From: a virus
Lineage: Duplodnaviria > Heunggongvirae > Uroviricota > Caudoviricetes
Length of the DNA: 64,000 nt
Strand: one strand, 5' to 3'
IMG/VR virus record: IMGVR_UViG_3300012346_000380
Span: 1-64,000 of that record
Part shown: positions 24,295-34,207 of the stretch, in pieces
Position numbering within the stretch: the first letter of the stretch is position 1
How the letters are laid out: the number at the start of each line of letters is the position of its first letter
The notes under the pieces: generated by a model
Database searches by the model: none
The model's input: only the letters and a program-made list of their open reading frames with translations
What the model was told of the DNA's origin: nothing
Translations under genes and position numbers: made by a program

Positions 24295-24900
24295 TTAGTA
24301 CTTTTTTACTAAATATTTTTCATACGAGCCGCTAACTCGTTGGTTTGGAAAGTAATAAGACTTGAATTTTTTTCCATTTAAAGAGATCGTTTTTGTAAAT
24401 CCAACTGGAATCATAGCTCCGGTGGTGTTTCTAATAGATCCAAAAAAGTCTAATGTAATTAAAACTGAAACTTTATTATTAATGGCCAACTCTTTTTCAT
24501 AGGATTCTAAATCTTTCCATTGGCCTCTATTTAAATCTTTGTGTTGCAACGCGCAATTAACATAAGAAAAGGTTTCTTTTAAAGCAGTTTCATCACAATT
24601 AAAATCAGCGGCTGGAGCCATGTGTCCTTTATCGTAGTCGTTGTGTGCATAATCTAGATCATCTGCAGTGTGAACATCTGATTCTACATAAAAATTTAAA
24701 CCTTGTCTAGAATTATAATTTGCTTTAGATTGTTTGGAGTTACATAACACATCGTAAGTAACCATAAGAGGTTGCTCCAGACTCTGTGAATAAACAGAAG
24801 TATAGTGTTGTTTTTTAATTGTAACATTTTGTAATTCTCCAGTGGGATTGAAGAAAAATAGCAGCCAAGAGGCTGCTATAATTTTAACAAGGGGTGCCAT
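24295..24900 (-). CDS. secreted DNA/RNA non-specific endonuclease (Serratia nuclease / EndoG family, DRGH-type active site)
   Basis: Signal peptide MAPLVKIIAASWLLFFF. The catalytic motif DKGHMAPAADF is of the RGH type (beta-beta-alpha-Me finger). Confidence 0.55.
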   Translation of the reverse strand: MAPLVKIIAASWLLFFFNPTGELQNVTIKKQHYTSVYSQSLEQPLMVTYDVLCNSKQSKANYNSRQGLNFYVESDVHTADDLDYAHNDYDKGHMAPAADFNCDETALKETFSYVNCALQHKDLNRGQWKDLESYEKELAINNKVSVLITLDFFGSIRNTTGAMIPVGFTKTISLNGKKFKSYYFPNQRVSGSYEKYLVKKY

Positions 24901-24910
24901 GCATTATATA

Positions 24911-25738
24911 TTAATCTAGTTTTTCGCCGCAATTAGGGCAAAACTTCCAACTTTGTTTCTTCATGCGAGTTCCACAAGAAGAACAATAGTTTCTTATATC
25001 TTTGATTTCTGTTTGTTTTGCAGATTCTGGTAAGATTTTCCATGTTGAAGTTGCGCATGCAAAAAATTCAAAGTCCTGATTTGTAGTGCTAAAACTTTGT
25101 TTTGATTTTGAGCCACCTTCAATTCTTCCTGTTTCCAAAGTTTCTAAAGAACTAACAACATGCGCATTTAATTGTGCATTATTGGTAATAGTTGAGTTGG
25201 TTGTAAAAGTAGTAGTTGGATTTAGATTTCCAGTGCCTGAGCTGTAGTAAAATACGTCGCCCGCATAAGGTTGGCCTACAAATGGACTTGAATTCCACGG
25301 AGCTTGAATAATTCCAGTCCAAGGTCTTGAAGATATAACTTCAGTTTCTTTGTAAAATTCTACCTTAACAGAACCATTATTTTCAATAGCTTTTAAAACT
25401 TCTGGTGTAGTTCCAGAATCCACTGTGTAAGTATTGAACTTAAACTTTTTGTTTGTATCAATAAAACGATCTAAGAAATACCTTTGACCTGGTCTAATTA
25501 CTAAACCTGAGGTAGAAATTAAGCTGTTATTGATGTAGATTTTTGCAAGTACAGAGACTTGGTAAGGATTAAAGAGTTCAATTTGAAACTCATCGCCATC
25601 TTTAAGATAAATGACGTCGGCATAAGCCTTTAAACGATTGTTGTTAAGCGCAATATAAGCGCTCGGTTGATTTGTTTTCATAGTGCTAATTAGTTTTATT
25701 AAAATCCTTTTATTGCTTTGCAACAATTCTAAAGCCAT
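24911..25738 (-). CDS. hypothetical protein with a C-terminal zinc ribbon (CSSCG..CPNCG)
   Basis: ORF track. The N-terminal part is rich in beta-strand-forming residues. Confidence 0.45.
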   Translation of the reverse strand: MALELLQSNKRILIKLISTMKTNQPSAYIALNNNRLKAYADVIYLKDGDEFQIELFNPYQVSVLAKIYINNSLISTSGLVIRPGQRYFLDRFIDTNKKFKFNTYTVDSGTTPEVLKAIENNGSVKVEFYKETEVISSRPWTGIIQAPWNSSPFVGQPYAGDVFYYSSGTGNLNPTTTFTTNSTITNNAQLNAHVVSSLETLETGRIEGGSKSKQSFSTTNQDFEFFACATSTWKILPESAKQTEIKDIRNYCSSCGTRMKKQSWKFCPNCGEKLD

Positions 25739-25817
25739 TATTGACTCAGGACCTCAAGAGCATGGGCACCACTCTTATTAAAAAGAAAAGGAACCATTGC
25801 TGATTCCTTTTCTGTAG

Positions 25818-25899
25818 CGGAGAGGACAGGATTCGAACCTGCAACCCGTTTCCGAGCGACGGTTTTCAAGACCGCTCGACAACCATTGTCCACCTCTCC
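25818..25899 (-). tRNA. tRNA-Ser (anticodon TGA), type II
   Basis: Minus-strand sequence GGAGAGGTGGACAATGGTTGTCGAGCGGTCTTGAAAACCGTCGCTCGGAAACGGGTTGCAGGTTCGAATCCTGTCCTCTCCG. Acceptor GGAGAGG/CCTCTCC. Anticodon stem GCGGT/ACCGT with loop CTTGAAA. Long variable arm and T-arm GCAGG/TTCGAAT/CCTGT. Confidence 0.75.
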
Positions 25900-25933
25900 A
25901 ATAATGTTTAAGAACTTTTATTATATAACTAAA

Positions 25934-26191
25934 TTAATTTTTGTTTACAAAATTTTGTAAAGTAACTTCTAATTCAGAAATTTTAGTGTGTAATTGTTCT
26001 ATATATCTATCATTAATTTCAACATTTGACTTCATTGATTGAATTTCTGCTTTTAATTTAGAATTAATCAATGTCAATCTTGCGTTTAATTTATTAACAA
26101 TAATATCTGTTGGTTTTATACTTTTTTCTATTTTCTTTGAGATAACAAAATAAAGTATTGCTGCTACTATTATGACGAATACGTATATCAT
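25934..26191 (-). CDS. hypothetical membrane-anchored coiled-coil protein
   Basis: N-terminal TM helix (IYVFVIIVAAILYFVI) followed by heptad repeats. Confidence 0.45.
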   Translation of the reverse strand: MIYVFVIIVAAILYFVISKKIEKSIKPTDIIVNKLNARLTLINSKLKAEIQSMKSNVEINDRYIEQLHTKISELEVTLQNFVNKN

Positions 26192-26913
26192 GGCTTTTCT
26201 ACTTGAATATTAAAATTAACAACACATCTGTGAGATTTACCATAAAAAGGTGTCACTGAGTGTACAATATCATAGGGCCATAAAACTAACATGCCTTTTT
26301 TAGGTCTTATATAGTAATCATAGTCTCTAACATGAAAACAGAACGCACCTGAATATGTATGGTCTGCAAAAGGTTCTCCATCTGACAAGTAATAACCTCC
26401 AGAAAAACCTATGAATGGAGCTTCGTTTGGATCCCATCGACAGTGATTGTGCTTGTTGTGGCCTCGACCATCGTGTGGTTCATACCACTGAGCCCAACTT
26501 TCTGTAATTTTAGGATCTAATATAGCATCTGACGGTACAGCACCAATAGCTTTAATGGTATGTGTAAACGCTTCGATAATACGTTGACGCATTTCTTTAA
26601 CATCGACGTTATCTATTTCTAAAAAGTCATTTGGTGGCACTGAAAATCTTGAGCCTATTGGTGGAAAACCATCTTCAACCCAAGCGTCTTGATTTCCATA
26701 CCAATCTGAATAACCGTCATAGCGATCTTTATCATATTGTCCAGGCAATTCTTGACCCATTCTTCTTTGCAATTCATCTAAGTGTGTGAAACCCATTTGA
26801 AAAAGTCTATCGTGAAATTCATGATCTTCGAACTGATGTTGATAAACTGGAATAGGCGCAAGATATTTAATATCTGGAATATTCGTATCTATTAAAGGTT
26901 TATTAAAGTACAT
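26188..26913 (-). CDS. 2OG-Fe(II) oxygenase superfamily protein (P4H/PhyH-like), putative
   Basis: The C-terminal jelly-roll signature is LVLWPYDIVHSVTPFYGKSHRCVVNFN (distal His plus Arg for 2OG). The upstream His/Asp cluster is HNKHNHCRWD. Confidence 0.4.
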   Translation of the reverse strand: MYFNKPLIDTNIPDIKYLAPIPVYQHQFEDHEFHDRLFQMGFTHLDELQRRMGQELPGQYDKDRYDGYSDWYGNQDAWVEDGFPPIGSRFSVPPNDFLEIDNVDVKEMRQRIIEAFTHTIKAIGAVPSDAILDPKITESWAQWYEPHDGRGHNKHNHCRWDPNEAPFIGFSGGYYLSDGEPFADHTYSGAFCFHVRDYDYYIRPKKGMLVLWPYDIVHSVTPFYGKSHRCVVNFNIQVEKP

Positions 26914-26914
26914 A

Positions 26915-27736
26915 TTATATGTGTTTAAAGTAGATGTTTTTATTAACTTTCGTATTGATATATTTATTAATCTTAATTACTGGATCATTTGATAAATCAT
27001 AACCCTTTCGTTCCATGTGCATTCTCGTATCATTGTGAGTACCATACGTTACAGCTGGTTCGAATTTAGCAATGTATTCATCTACTGTACAATTGGCAAA
27101 CAAATAAAAAGCATGTTCTTCAATACAATTTAGAATATTATTCTCGGTTGCAATTTTTATTAGCTCTTCACCAACATTTGGATTTCTAGTATAAAAGAAA
27201 CTAAAATTTGGAGTTACTAACATGTTTTTAAATTTCCAACTATATTTTCTTAACTGAGCTTCATGAGAAGCTATATAAGCTAATAATTCAGGTGGAGCTT
27301 CATTGTTATAACGCTCTTGCGCTGAATGCGTCATTATATCAACTATGCCAATTCCCTCAGAATCATGATATGCGTACAAAGGTACTTGAATATCGTTACC
27401 CCTTTGTAATTGTTGATAAAAATGATCATCTAGTGGTTTTGCTAAATAGCAATCCCAATCTAAAAATATAAATTCGTTAAATATTTTACCAGCATGTTGC
27501 ACAGCTAATAATTTATGCATGAAATGTGAATGAATAGTAGAATAACTTGCATCAGAAGAAAATTCAGATAAACATACAACTTTATAGCCTAATGATTTTA
27601 AAAAAGTTTCATTCTCAACACCCCATGTAATTACAATTTCATCTGTAAAAATGGGATTTTGAAACACTTCATTTCTTGTGCGTTCTACATCTCCCCAAAG
27701 AGCTCTGACAATTGGTATTTTATTATTAATAGCCAT
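26915..27736 (-). CDS. glycosyltransferase-like protein, family A copy 1 (DxD-type motif FIFLDWDCYLAKPLDD)
   Basis: It is a paralog of 29608..30396. Shared blocks are WGD, LDWD, PLYAY, VPNF.FFY and CIEE..Y.FANC..EYI.K.EP. Confidence 0.4.
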   Translation of the reverse strand: MAINNKIPIVRALWGDVERTRNEVFQNPIFTDEIVITWGVENETFLKSLGYKVVCLSEFSSDASYSTIHSHFMHKLLAVQHAGKIFNEFIFLDWDCYLAKPLDDHFYQQLQRGNDIQVPLYAYHDSEGIGIVDIMTHSAQERYNNEAPPELLAYIASHEAQLRKYSWKFKNMLVTPNFSFFYTRNPNVGEELIKIATENNILNCIEEHAFYLFANCTVDEYIAKFEPAVTYGTHNDTRMHMERKGYDLSNDPVIKINKYINTKVNKNIYFKHI

Positions 27737-28706
27737 GTTTTTCTTTATTCCAATACTTATTTAAGTTAAAGTAGTATAAGTAATTGCTACCACCTAAATC
27801 CCAGATTTCATCATAATACCGTTGGCATTCTCTTTCCATAAATTCTGGATCATTTGCAAATACAACTTTAGCTAACCAAACGTGTTCCCATTCAAATTGA
27901 TCTTTGGTTTTATCATGTTCAACTGGATAATACCATTGTTCAGAATAACCAAAGCGTCTGTCTTCTGGTTTTGCATAATCATTATCAGCTAGAAATATTC
28001 TATCAGTTAAAGTATTTGTATGATACTCATGTTCTCTGATAACATGACCAAGAATTCCTTGATCTGTTGCTAACCAAAACCACTCAGGCACCTCATTCTC
28101 ACCAGAATTGATTAATTTCTTATGTGCTTTAACATATTCATCAACCGCGGAAGCTGTCCCAAAATAAACAAATGATGTATTGGGTGAATACGCATTACAA
28201 TTATAATTATGTGGTATTTCTACGTGTTTAATTTCAGATTCCCACTGTTGTCTTGTAAAATAATAACTGCCTCTTGGTATTTCCCAGTGGCCAATTCCAA
28301 TATCTCCATAATAAAAATCGGCTGGAACTTCGCCTCTAACTATAAAGTCTTGATCTAGAAATACAAAAGGTTCTTTTTCATTTTGCAAAGCTTGTATTTT
28401 ACCAGAAGTCCAATAATATGCAGGATCTACATTCTGTAAATTATCTAAGAATTCTGTGTCGATCTCATCGTATAATTCAGTTATACCTATTTGCTGATAA
28501 TAACTTAAACCTATTGAATCTGTGTATAATTTTATAGGTCCATTGTGTTTTTTCCACCTAATTGCAGATAAAATAGTGTATAGTATCTGATAGTTTGGAA
28601 GCTCATAAGTTTTTGAACTTATATTTTTTGTAATTGAAAAACCGTGACCTCTTAGACGTTCTTTATTAAAAAATGGAGCCGTCCAATTTACATGTATAGC
28701 TTTCAT
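27726..28706 (-). CDS. hypothetical enzyme-like protein, family B copy 1 (contains FVFLDQDF)
   Basis: It is a paralog of 30420..31343. Shared blocks are KLYTDS/KLYCDN and YDEIDTEFL/WDEIDTDLL. Confidence 0.4.
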   Translation of the reverse strand: MKAIHVNWTAPFFNKERLRGHGFSITKNISSKTYELPNYQILYTILSAIRWKKHNGPIKLYTDSIGLSYYQQIGITELYDEIDTEFLDNLQNVDPAYYWTSGKIQALQNEKEPFVFLDQDFIVRGEVPADFYYGDIGIGHWEIPRGSYYFTRQQWESEIKHVEIPHNYNCNAYSPNTSFVYFGTASAVDEYVKAHKKLINSGENEVPEWFWLATDQGILGHVIREHEYHTNTLTDRIFLADNDYAKPEDRRFGYSEQWYYPVEHDKTKDQFEWEHVWLAKVVFANDPEFMERECQRYYDEIWDLGGSNYLYYFNLNKYWNKEKHGY

Positions 28707-29608
28707 TAAAGTGCGTATAGTTGTTTTAATTTTTCATATCTCTCTTCAATCTGATCTAAATAATACTTGTCATATTTAGTAGTTGAAATAAAGTGCATTA
28801 CCTTACTTTGTTTCATAAGCTCTAAGTCTTGACTTAATATGTAGCCGTCTGTATCTACTAATAAGATGTGTTTTTTATCAGAATAAGCTCTATTTAATAT
28901 AGATAGAAATGATTGTTCTTGTAATAAAATTTTGTAATCATCCCAACCAGTACCTTGCATTGTTTTATGATCCCATCTACTATAAATAAAAGCATCTATT
29001 AACCATTGCATGTCGTGTGTTGAGAAAAACTTGCTCATTATAGAATTATTAAAGCCCATAAATCCAGAATTTCCAGCTCTAGCATTACCGAAACATCTAT
29101 AATAATTTTCAAATACTTCATTACCGAAGCGTTCTACTAATTTACCCATCATTGGTTTATCAGCATCGTGATATTGATCTGCTATTGAAAATGGAATCTT
29201 AGAGCAAACAAAGTGTACAATGTCTTTAAATTCTAAACCATTAAATAAAATATCGTCATCATAAGTTAGTAAATAATTTACGTTTCTTGCATGATGTAAA
29301 TAATGATATAATAAGATGTGATAAATCCATTCCCATTCTTTAAATGCCTTTACATCGGGTTCTATACCAAAATTTCTAACATAATCTTCTAGAAATTGAT
29401 TATCGTAAAAGAACAGTTTTATGTTTTCTGGAACTATCTTTCTAGCCATTTCTTGCATTTCAAGATTTGGATTATTCACATTGATGTGAATTTCAGCCTT
29501 GTTCATTTCCTTTCTGTGAAAAGAAATTAATCTACATATTTCAGCTAATGCAACTACTTGTTGTTTATCAAAAGTTCTCCATGAACGTGCAACTATAAAA
29601 TCTCTCAT
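28706..29608 (-). CDS. glycosyltransferase-like protein (GT-A-type DxD motif LLTYDDDILF)
   Basis: ORF track. It is inserted between the two A/B module copies. Confidence 0.35.
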   Translation of the reverse strand: MRDFIVARSWRTFDKQQVVALAEICRLISFHRKEMNKAEIHINVNNPNLEMQEMARKIVPENIKLFFYDNQFLEDYVRNFGIEPDVKAFKEWEWIYHILLYHYLHHARNVNYLLTYDDDILFNGLEFKDIVHFVCSKIPFSIADQYHDADKPMMGKLVERFGNEVFENYYRCFGNARAGNSGFMGFNNSIMSKFFSTHDMQWLIDAFIYSRWDHKTMQGTGWDDYKILLQEQSFLSILNRAYSDKKHILLVDTDGYILSQDLELMKQSKVMHFISTTKYDKYYLDQIEERYEKLKQLYAL

Positions 29609-30396
29609 TATTCGTGTATTAAGTAAATATCTTTGTTAATCTTTGATGCTATATAATTATTTATTCTTTCTATTGCTCTGTCTTCTGTTAAATCAAAATG
29701 ATAGCAATTATCTTCTCGACCTCTGATAACCACAGGCTCATATTTTTCAATATATTCGTTTATAGAACAATTTGCAAACTGATACATGCAAAATTCTTCT
29801 ATACATGTTAAAATACCACGTTCTTTGTATATTTCAAGTAATTTAGATGCTGTTGGTGTATAATTAGAATAAAAGAAACAAAAATTAGGAACTACTCGCA
29901 AATCTTCCCAAGTCCAGCTATTTTCCATTAACATTTTATTCTGCACTGTCAGCCATGGAAATATATTAGGATCTAGATCTTTAACCCATTGTTTTTCTGG
30001 GTTTTGTTCTATTTGAGCTAGTACTTTATTTTCATAATTAGTCGGATATGCGTATAAAGGACATTGCAATCTTCCTTTAGTTCTAATTAAATTCCAAAAG
30101 TTATCATCTAATGGTTTAACTATTTGAACATCCCAATCTAAAAATAAATATTCTAAGTATGCGTGTTCAGCTCTTTTTAAGCACTCTAATTTATGCACAA
30201 AGTGTTTATAAACTGTGCTATATTCTAATTCTGTTGAATCGTAATGGATTAAAACGGTTTCATAACCCATAGATCTAAAACGCTCATAATTTTCTCTACC
30301 ATAAACGTATACAACTTCATTATCAAACAAAGGTTTTGGTGGCACTTCTTCCCAAGTGCTTTCTTGATCTCCCCAAAATGCTCTAATTATCTTCAT
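29608..30396 (-). CDS. glycosyltransferase-like protein, family A copy 2 (YLFLDWDVQIVKPLDD)
   Basis: Paralog of 26915..27736. Confidence 0.4.
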   Translation of the reverse strand: MKIIRAFWGDQESTWEEVPPKPLFDNEVVYVYGRENYERFRSMGYETVLIHYDSTELEYSTVYKHFVHKLECLKRAEHAYLEYLFLDWDVQIVKPLDDNFWNLIRTKGRLQCPLYAYPTNYENKVLAQIEQNPEKQWVKDLDPNIFPWLTVQNKMLMENSWTWEDLRVVPNFCFFYSNYTPTASKLLEIYKERGILTCIEEFCMYQFANCSINEYIEKYEPVVIRGREDNCYHFDLTEDRAIERINNYIASKINKDIYLIHE

Positions 30397-30419
30397 TAGT
30401 CAGTATTATCTAACTTATA

Positions 30420-31343
30420 TTAAGAAACTAAATATTGTTTATTATTCTCTAAGTTGTTATCTGTAAGTTTGCATAAAATAAAATCCTTTATTTCTGGAGC
30501 AATATCTGCCATTTTATTAACAATCATATCAATATACCATTGTTGTTTATTCGGATCGTGTTTAAAGCTGTATTTGTCTAACCACAAATGAATGGCATGA
30601 TCATAACTTTGTTTTAAATTCCAAAAACCAGAATTACTTTTAAGCCATGTACCACCATCTTTGAAATTAGCAGCTAACATACATGTATAATTGTATTTAC
30701 TTTTGGAAATTAAAGCAGCTAAAAGATATTGTTCTGCGAAAACAGTGTAATCGTTATTTCTAAATTTAGGTGATTGTAATTGACTAGCTCTATTGATATA
30801 GTCTAATGAAAGTTCGGTATATTCTTTATTTAAATTCATATCGCCCATGTAAAAAGAACCCATATTAAAAGGATTAGCCCAAAAATTAAGTTTTTGTTTG
30901 GGTTTAAAATCAACTTCTTTTAATTTCTCTCTGGGTTTTGCGTACGCTGAATTCATAAACCAAAGTTCTTTATGATAAACACCTAAATCATAGCCATTAA
31001 AAAGATTAAACTGAAACATATCAGTGAAATTGACAAAATCAAGATCACTCATCATATATGGCTTGGTTTGGCTATTCATAACAAGAAGTTTGCCAGAAGA
31101 CCAAAATCTTGTTTTATTAATAGAAGTTGTTTGATTTAATAGATCTGTATCAATTTCATCCCATATTTCTAAAATATCTAGGGATTTAAATACTTGATAC
31201 GTAGCATTATCACAATAAAGTTTAGTTGGCCATTTATACAATTTCTTCCACAAGAGACATTGAGCTATAGTACAATATAACTCGCTCTTCCAAATCTTAA
31301 ACGGTTTGTCTAATTGTTGGCAAATATGGATGTGTGTAATCAT
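30420..31343 (-). CDS. hypothetical enzyme-like protein, family B copy 2
   Basis: Paralog of 27726..28706. Confidence 0.4.
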   Translation of the reverse strand: MITHIHICQQLDKPFKIWKSELYCTIAQCLLWKKLYKWPTKLYCDNATYQVFKSLDILEIWDEIDTDLLNQTTSINKTRFWSSGKLLVMNSQTKPYMMSDLDFVNFTDMFQFNLFNGYDLGVYHKELWFMNSAYAKPREKLKEVDFKPKQKLNFWANPFNMGSFYMGDMNLNKEYTELSLDYINRASQLQSPKFRNNDYTVFAEQYLLAALISKSKYNYTCMLAANFKDGGTWLKSNSGFWNLKQSYDHAIHLWLDKYSFKHDPNKQQWYIDMIVNKMADIAPEIKDFILCKLTDNNLENNKQYLVS

Positions 31344-33937
31344 TACTGTGCAACTCTTACATAAGGCGCATTTGTTCCAGTGCTGTCGTTGAATTTTTGA
31401 ACCAACATGTTTAAAGCTTGCGTTAATGTTGCAATATCTTTTGATAAAGCTGTATTATCTGCAGCTTTAGCTTGTTCTGCTTTTTGTTGCTCTGGTGTTT
31501 TAGGTATACTTTTATTAACTTTAGTATCTGTACTTGTTACCATACCTGTTACTTTTTCTACAAATCCACCGATAGCTTTACCAGTTTCTTCTATAAGTCC
31601 TGAATTACTATCACCTTGTTTTTCAACAGCTGTTTCTAAATTAACTACAGTTTTACTTAATTCTTCTACAGCTTTTAGTAATTCTTGTGTTAAAGTTTTC
31701 ATAGCATTCTGTGCATCTGGTTTGGATAAATTAGCTATCGAAGTAAACATTGCCGTAGAAGCTTGAACCGCTTTAATATTTAAACCGTTGGCAGCTTTTG
31801 CAAATTTAGTATATGCATTTGCTATTTTTTCAGAAGCATTTGCGCTCTTAGTTAAATTTTCAGCATTAGCTTCTTCTATAAAAATAGACCATGCTCCTAA
31901 TCCTTTAACAACACCTCCAGTATAACCTGCAATTTTACCAAATGAGGTAGCTACAGTTTCCATAGGTTTTGATATAGTTGTAATAGCATTTGCTCTATTT
32001 AAAATCATATCTAATAAATCAATAGGCGATTTGGTTTTTTCACCACCAAAGAAAGAGCTTATGCCATCTATAATAGATTTACCTAAGTTTGCGATAGAAG
32101 CTCCTAAGCCTCCAATTGCTTGTCCAGCTAATGCACCAACTAATGTTAACCATGCACCTGCAAGTAAAACAATTCCACCTGCTAAAGCCGGTAAATTTTC
32201 TATACCTATTTCATTTTTTAATCTCGTGAAAGCATTTATCATGCCATTTACAGGTGCCATCATTCCGGCGGTTAAAGCTTGCATACCACCGACAAATTCA
32301 GTTGGCACTTTACTTAAAATCCAAGCTACGGCCCAAATACCGGCTGCGATAGTTATGACACCGATAACACCAGCTATAAGAGCTGCTTCACCTGTACCGC
32401 CTGATAAGGCTATAACTGCTCCAATTACACCAATTACACCAGCAAATACACCAATAGCTAATGCAGCATCTAATGTCCAACTTAATGGTGGTGTTTTAAA
32501 TGTATCTGGTAAAACTGAAAATATGTATGAAATTGCAAGAATAGCAATAGCTGTTGCAACAGTTCCTAAAACACCTAATAAAGCTTCTTTAGGACCAACT
32601 CCAAATTTTTGGAATACCATGGCTAACAAGGCAAATGGAATTGCAAAGACAAGTATAGCTAAACCTGCTTTTAAAGTTTCAATTGGATCTGGTCCTTTTA
32701 ATCCACTTAATGATTCTGCAGCTTGTGAAAATACCCAAGCAACACCGGCAATTGCAATAGCGATTAATGGAATTGCAATAGCTCCATAAAGTAATTCTTG
32801 TGGACTAGCGCCTTTAACGGCTTTCATTACAAAATAGAATGAAACTGCAAATAAAGCAACTGCTGTACCCGCAACTAAAGACCATGTCATATCTGGAGCT
32901 TTATATTGACCATCTGGTAAATATTGAAATGCGTAAGACAATCCAACAATACCCAATGCTATGGCTCCAATTGCTAATGAGCCAAACATAATTTGTTTAA
33001 GAGAAGCTCCTTTAACAGCTTTCATAATTAAAAAGAATGAAACTGAAAATAAAGCAACTGCAAAACCAACTTGAAGTGACCATAATAAATCTGGAGCTTT
33101 ATATTTGTCAGGCAACATTTGAAATATCAAAGCTGTTCCAACAATACCAGCTGCTACTCCAAGAAATGAAAGTACTACCATGCCCATATCTTTAACGCCT
33201 AATTCGTTGTCTTTAATTGTTTTTGCAAATAAAACAAATGCATAAGCTGAAGGAATCATAATAAGACCTATGGCTAATGCAGTTAAGAATTGTCCAGCTC
33301 CAATAACTGGCATAAGAGATAATATAGCACCTGATAGAACTAAAGCAACTGAGATTCCAACCATAGTTAATAAAGTTGCTCCCATTATAGAAAACATATT
33401 ACCAGTATCTGGTTTTGAACCTGAGAAACCTTTGTAACTTGCGCTTACCAGACCTTGATTTTGTCCAAGAACATCTGCAATTTTAACAAAAACTGGTGCT
33501 ACTAAAGCTAATGTAGCTGCTACTGCAAGCGCAGATAACAGTTGCATTGGATTTAAAACTGGCATAAACATAAATATACCGGCAGCCGAAACTAATGCAG
33601 CTGCAACACCTATAATCATCACGGCAGTCAAACCAGTATCTTTCATAGACATCGGTTTAAATCCTCCAGAGCTTTCTACTCTTTCGTCTCTACCAGAATT
33701 ATCACTACTACGATTTTTAGATTCTTTAATTTGATCTTTGATCAAAGACTTAATGTCCTTTAATATAGAAGTTTGCGTAGATAATTCAGAAGCCATATCG
33801 TTAGCAGCACTTTTTAAATCTACTGTTAGAACTTTATGAATATCTTGCGTTAACATCATTTCCGCTTCTGAAACTGCGGTTAATTTATCTAACGGTGAAA
33901 GTAATGACTGGAGTGCCTGTACGGGATTAAATTTCAT
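31343..33937 (-). CDS. tail tape measure protein (putative)
   Basis: 864 aa. N-terminal coiled-coil, then about ten or more long Ala/Gly/Ile/Leu-rich hydrophobic helices, then a C-terminal helical region. It lies downstream of the sheath, tube and chaperone-like genes. Confidence 0.55.
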   Translation of the reverse strand: MKFNPVQALQSLLSPLDKLTAVSEAEMMLTQDIHKVLTVDLKSAANDMASELSTQTSILKDIKSLIKDQIKESKNRSSDNSGRDERVESSGGFKPMSMKDTGLTAVMIIGVAAALVSAAGIFMFMPVLNPMQLLSALAVAATLALVAPVFVKIADVLGQNQGLVSASYKGFSGSKPDTGNMFSIMGATLLTMVGISVALVLSGAILSLMPVIGAGQFLTALAIGLIMIPSAYAFVLFAKTIKDNELGVKDMGMVVLSFLGVAAGIVGTALIFQMLPDKYKAPDLLWSLQVGFAVALFSVSFFLIMKAVKGASLKQIMFGSLAIGAIALGIVGLSYAFQYLPDGQYKAPDMTWSLVAGTAVALFAVSFYFVMKAVKGASPQELLYGAIAIPLIAIAIAGVAWVFSQAAESLSGLKGPDPIETLKAGLAILVFAIPFALLAMVFQKFGVGPKEALLGVLGTVATAIAILAISYIFSVLPDTFKTPPLSWTLDAALAIGVFAGVIGVIGAVIALSGGTGEAALIAGVIGVITIAAGIWAVAWILSKVPTEFVGGMQALTAGMMAPVNGMINAFTRLKNEIGIENLPALAGGIVLLAGAWLTLVGALAGQAIGGLGASIANLGKSIIDGISSFFGGEKTKSPIDLLDMILNRANAITTISKPMETVATSFGKIAGYTGGVVKGLGAWSIFIEEANAENLTKSANASEKIANAYTKFAKAANGLNIKAVQASTAMFTSIANLSKPDAQNAMKTLTQELLKAVEELSKTVVNLETAVEKQGDSNSGLIEETGKAIGGFVEKVTGMVTSTDTKVNKSIPKTPEQQKAEQAKAADNTALSKDIATLTQALNMLVQKFNDSTGTNAPYVRVAQ

Positions 33938-33987
33938 TTATATCTTTATATCTTTTATATAGCTTTTACTATATATTAAAAACTCCA

Positions 33988-34152
33988 TCACTTAAGTGAC
34001 GGAGTTCTCATTGTTGGCATTTTAATATTTGGTATTTTCATACCACTCATCATTTCTGATGTTGAATCTTGTTGACCTTTGTTTGCCTCTTGTTCTTTCT
34101 TTAAATGATCTGTTAGATCTCTAAGCAAGTAGTGGTATTCATAGAATTCCAT
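33988..34152 (-). CDS. hypothetical small protein (start at the internal ATG MEFYEYHYLL)
   Basis: The track ORF's N-terminus (..FYVYLHLHIQ) translates promoter-like element P11. 'cat' at 34150-34152. Confidence 0.35.
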   Translation of the reverse strand: MEFYEYHYLLRDLTDHLKKEQEANKGQQDSTSEMMSGMKIPNIKMPTMRTPSLK

Positions 34153-34207
34153 TTTCTCAAGCTCAGATGGTTGTATATGTAAATGTAAATATACGTAAAA
34201 CTTTGTC
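34153..34207 (-). promoter_or_regulatory. promoter-like element copy P11 (TTGTATATGTAAATGTAAATATACGTAAAAC)
   Basis: Variant of the TGTAAATATAC box family. Confidence 0.4.

Noticed and set aside
31407-32789. Plus-strand ORFs 31407..31766 and 32031..32789 (Ala/Pro/Ile-rich) inside the tape measure gene
   Set aside because: These are antisense shadow ORFs of a long hydrophobic minus-strand gene. They have low-complexity composition and sit on the opposite strand to every neighbouring gene.
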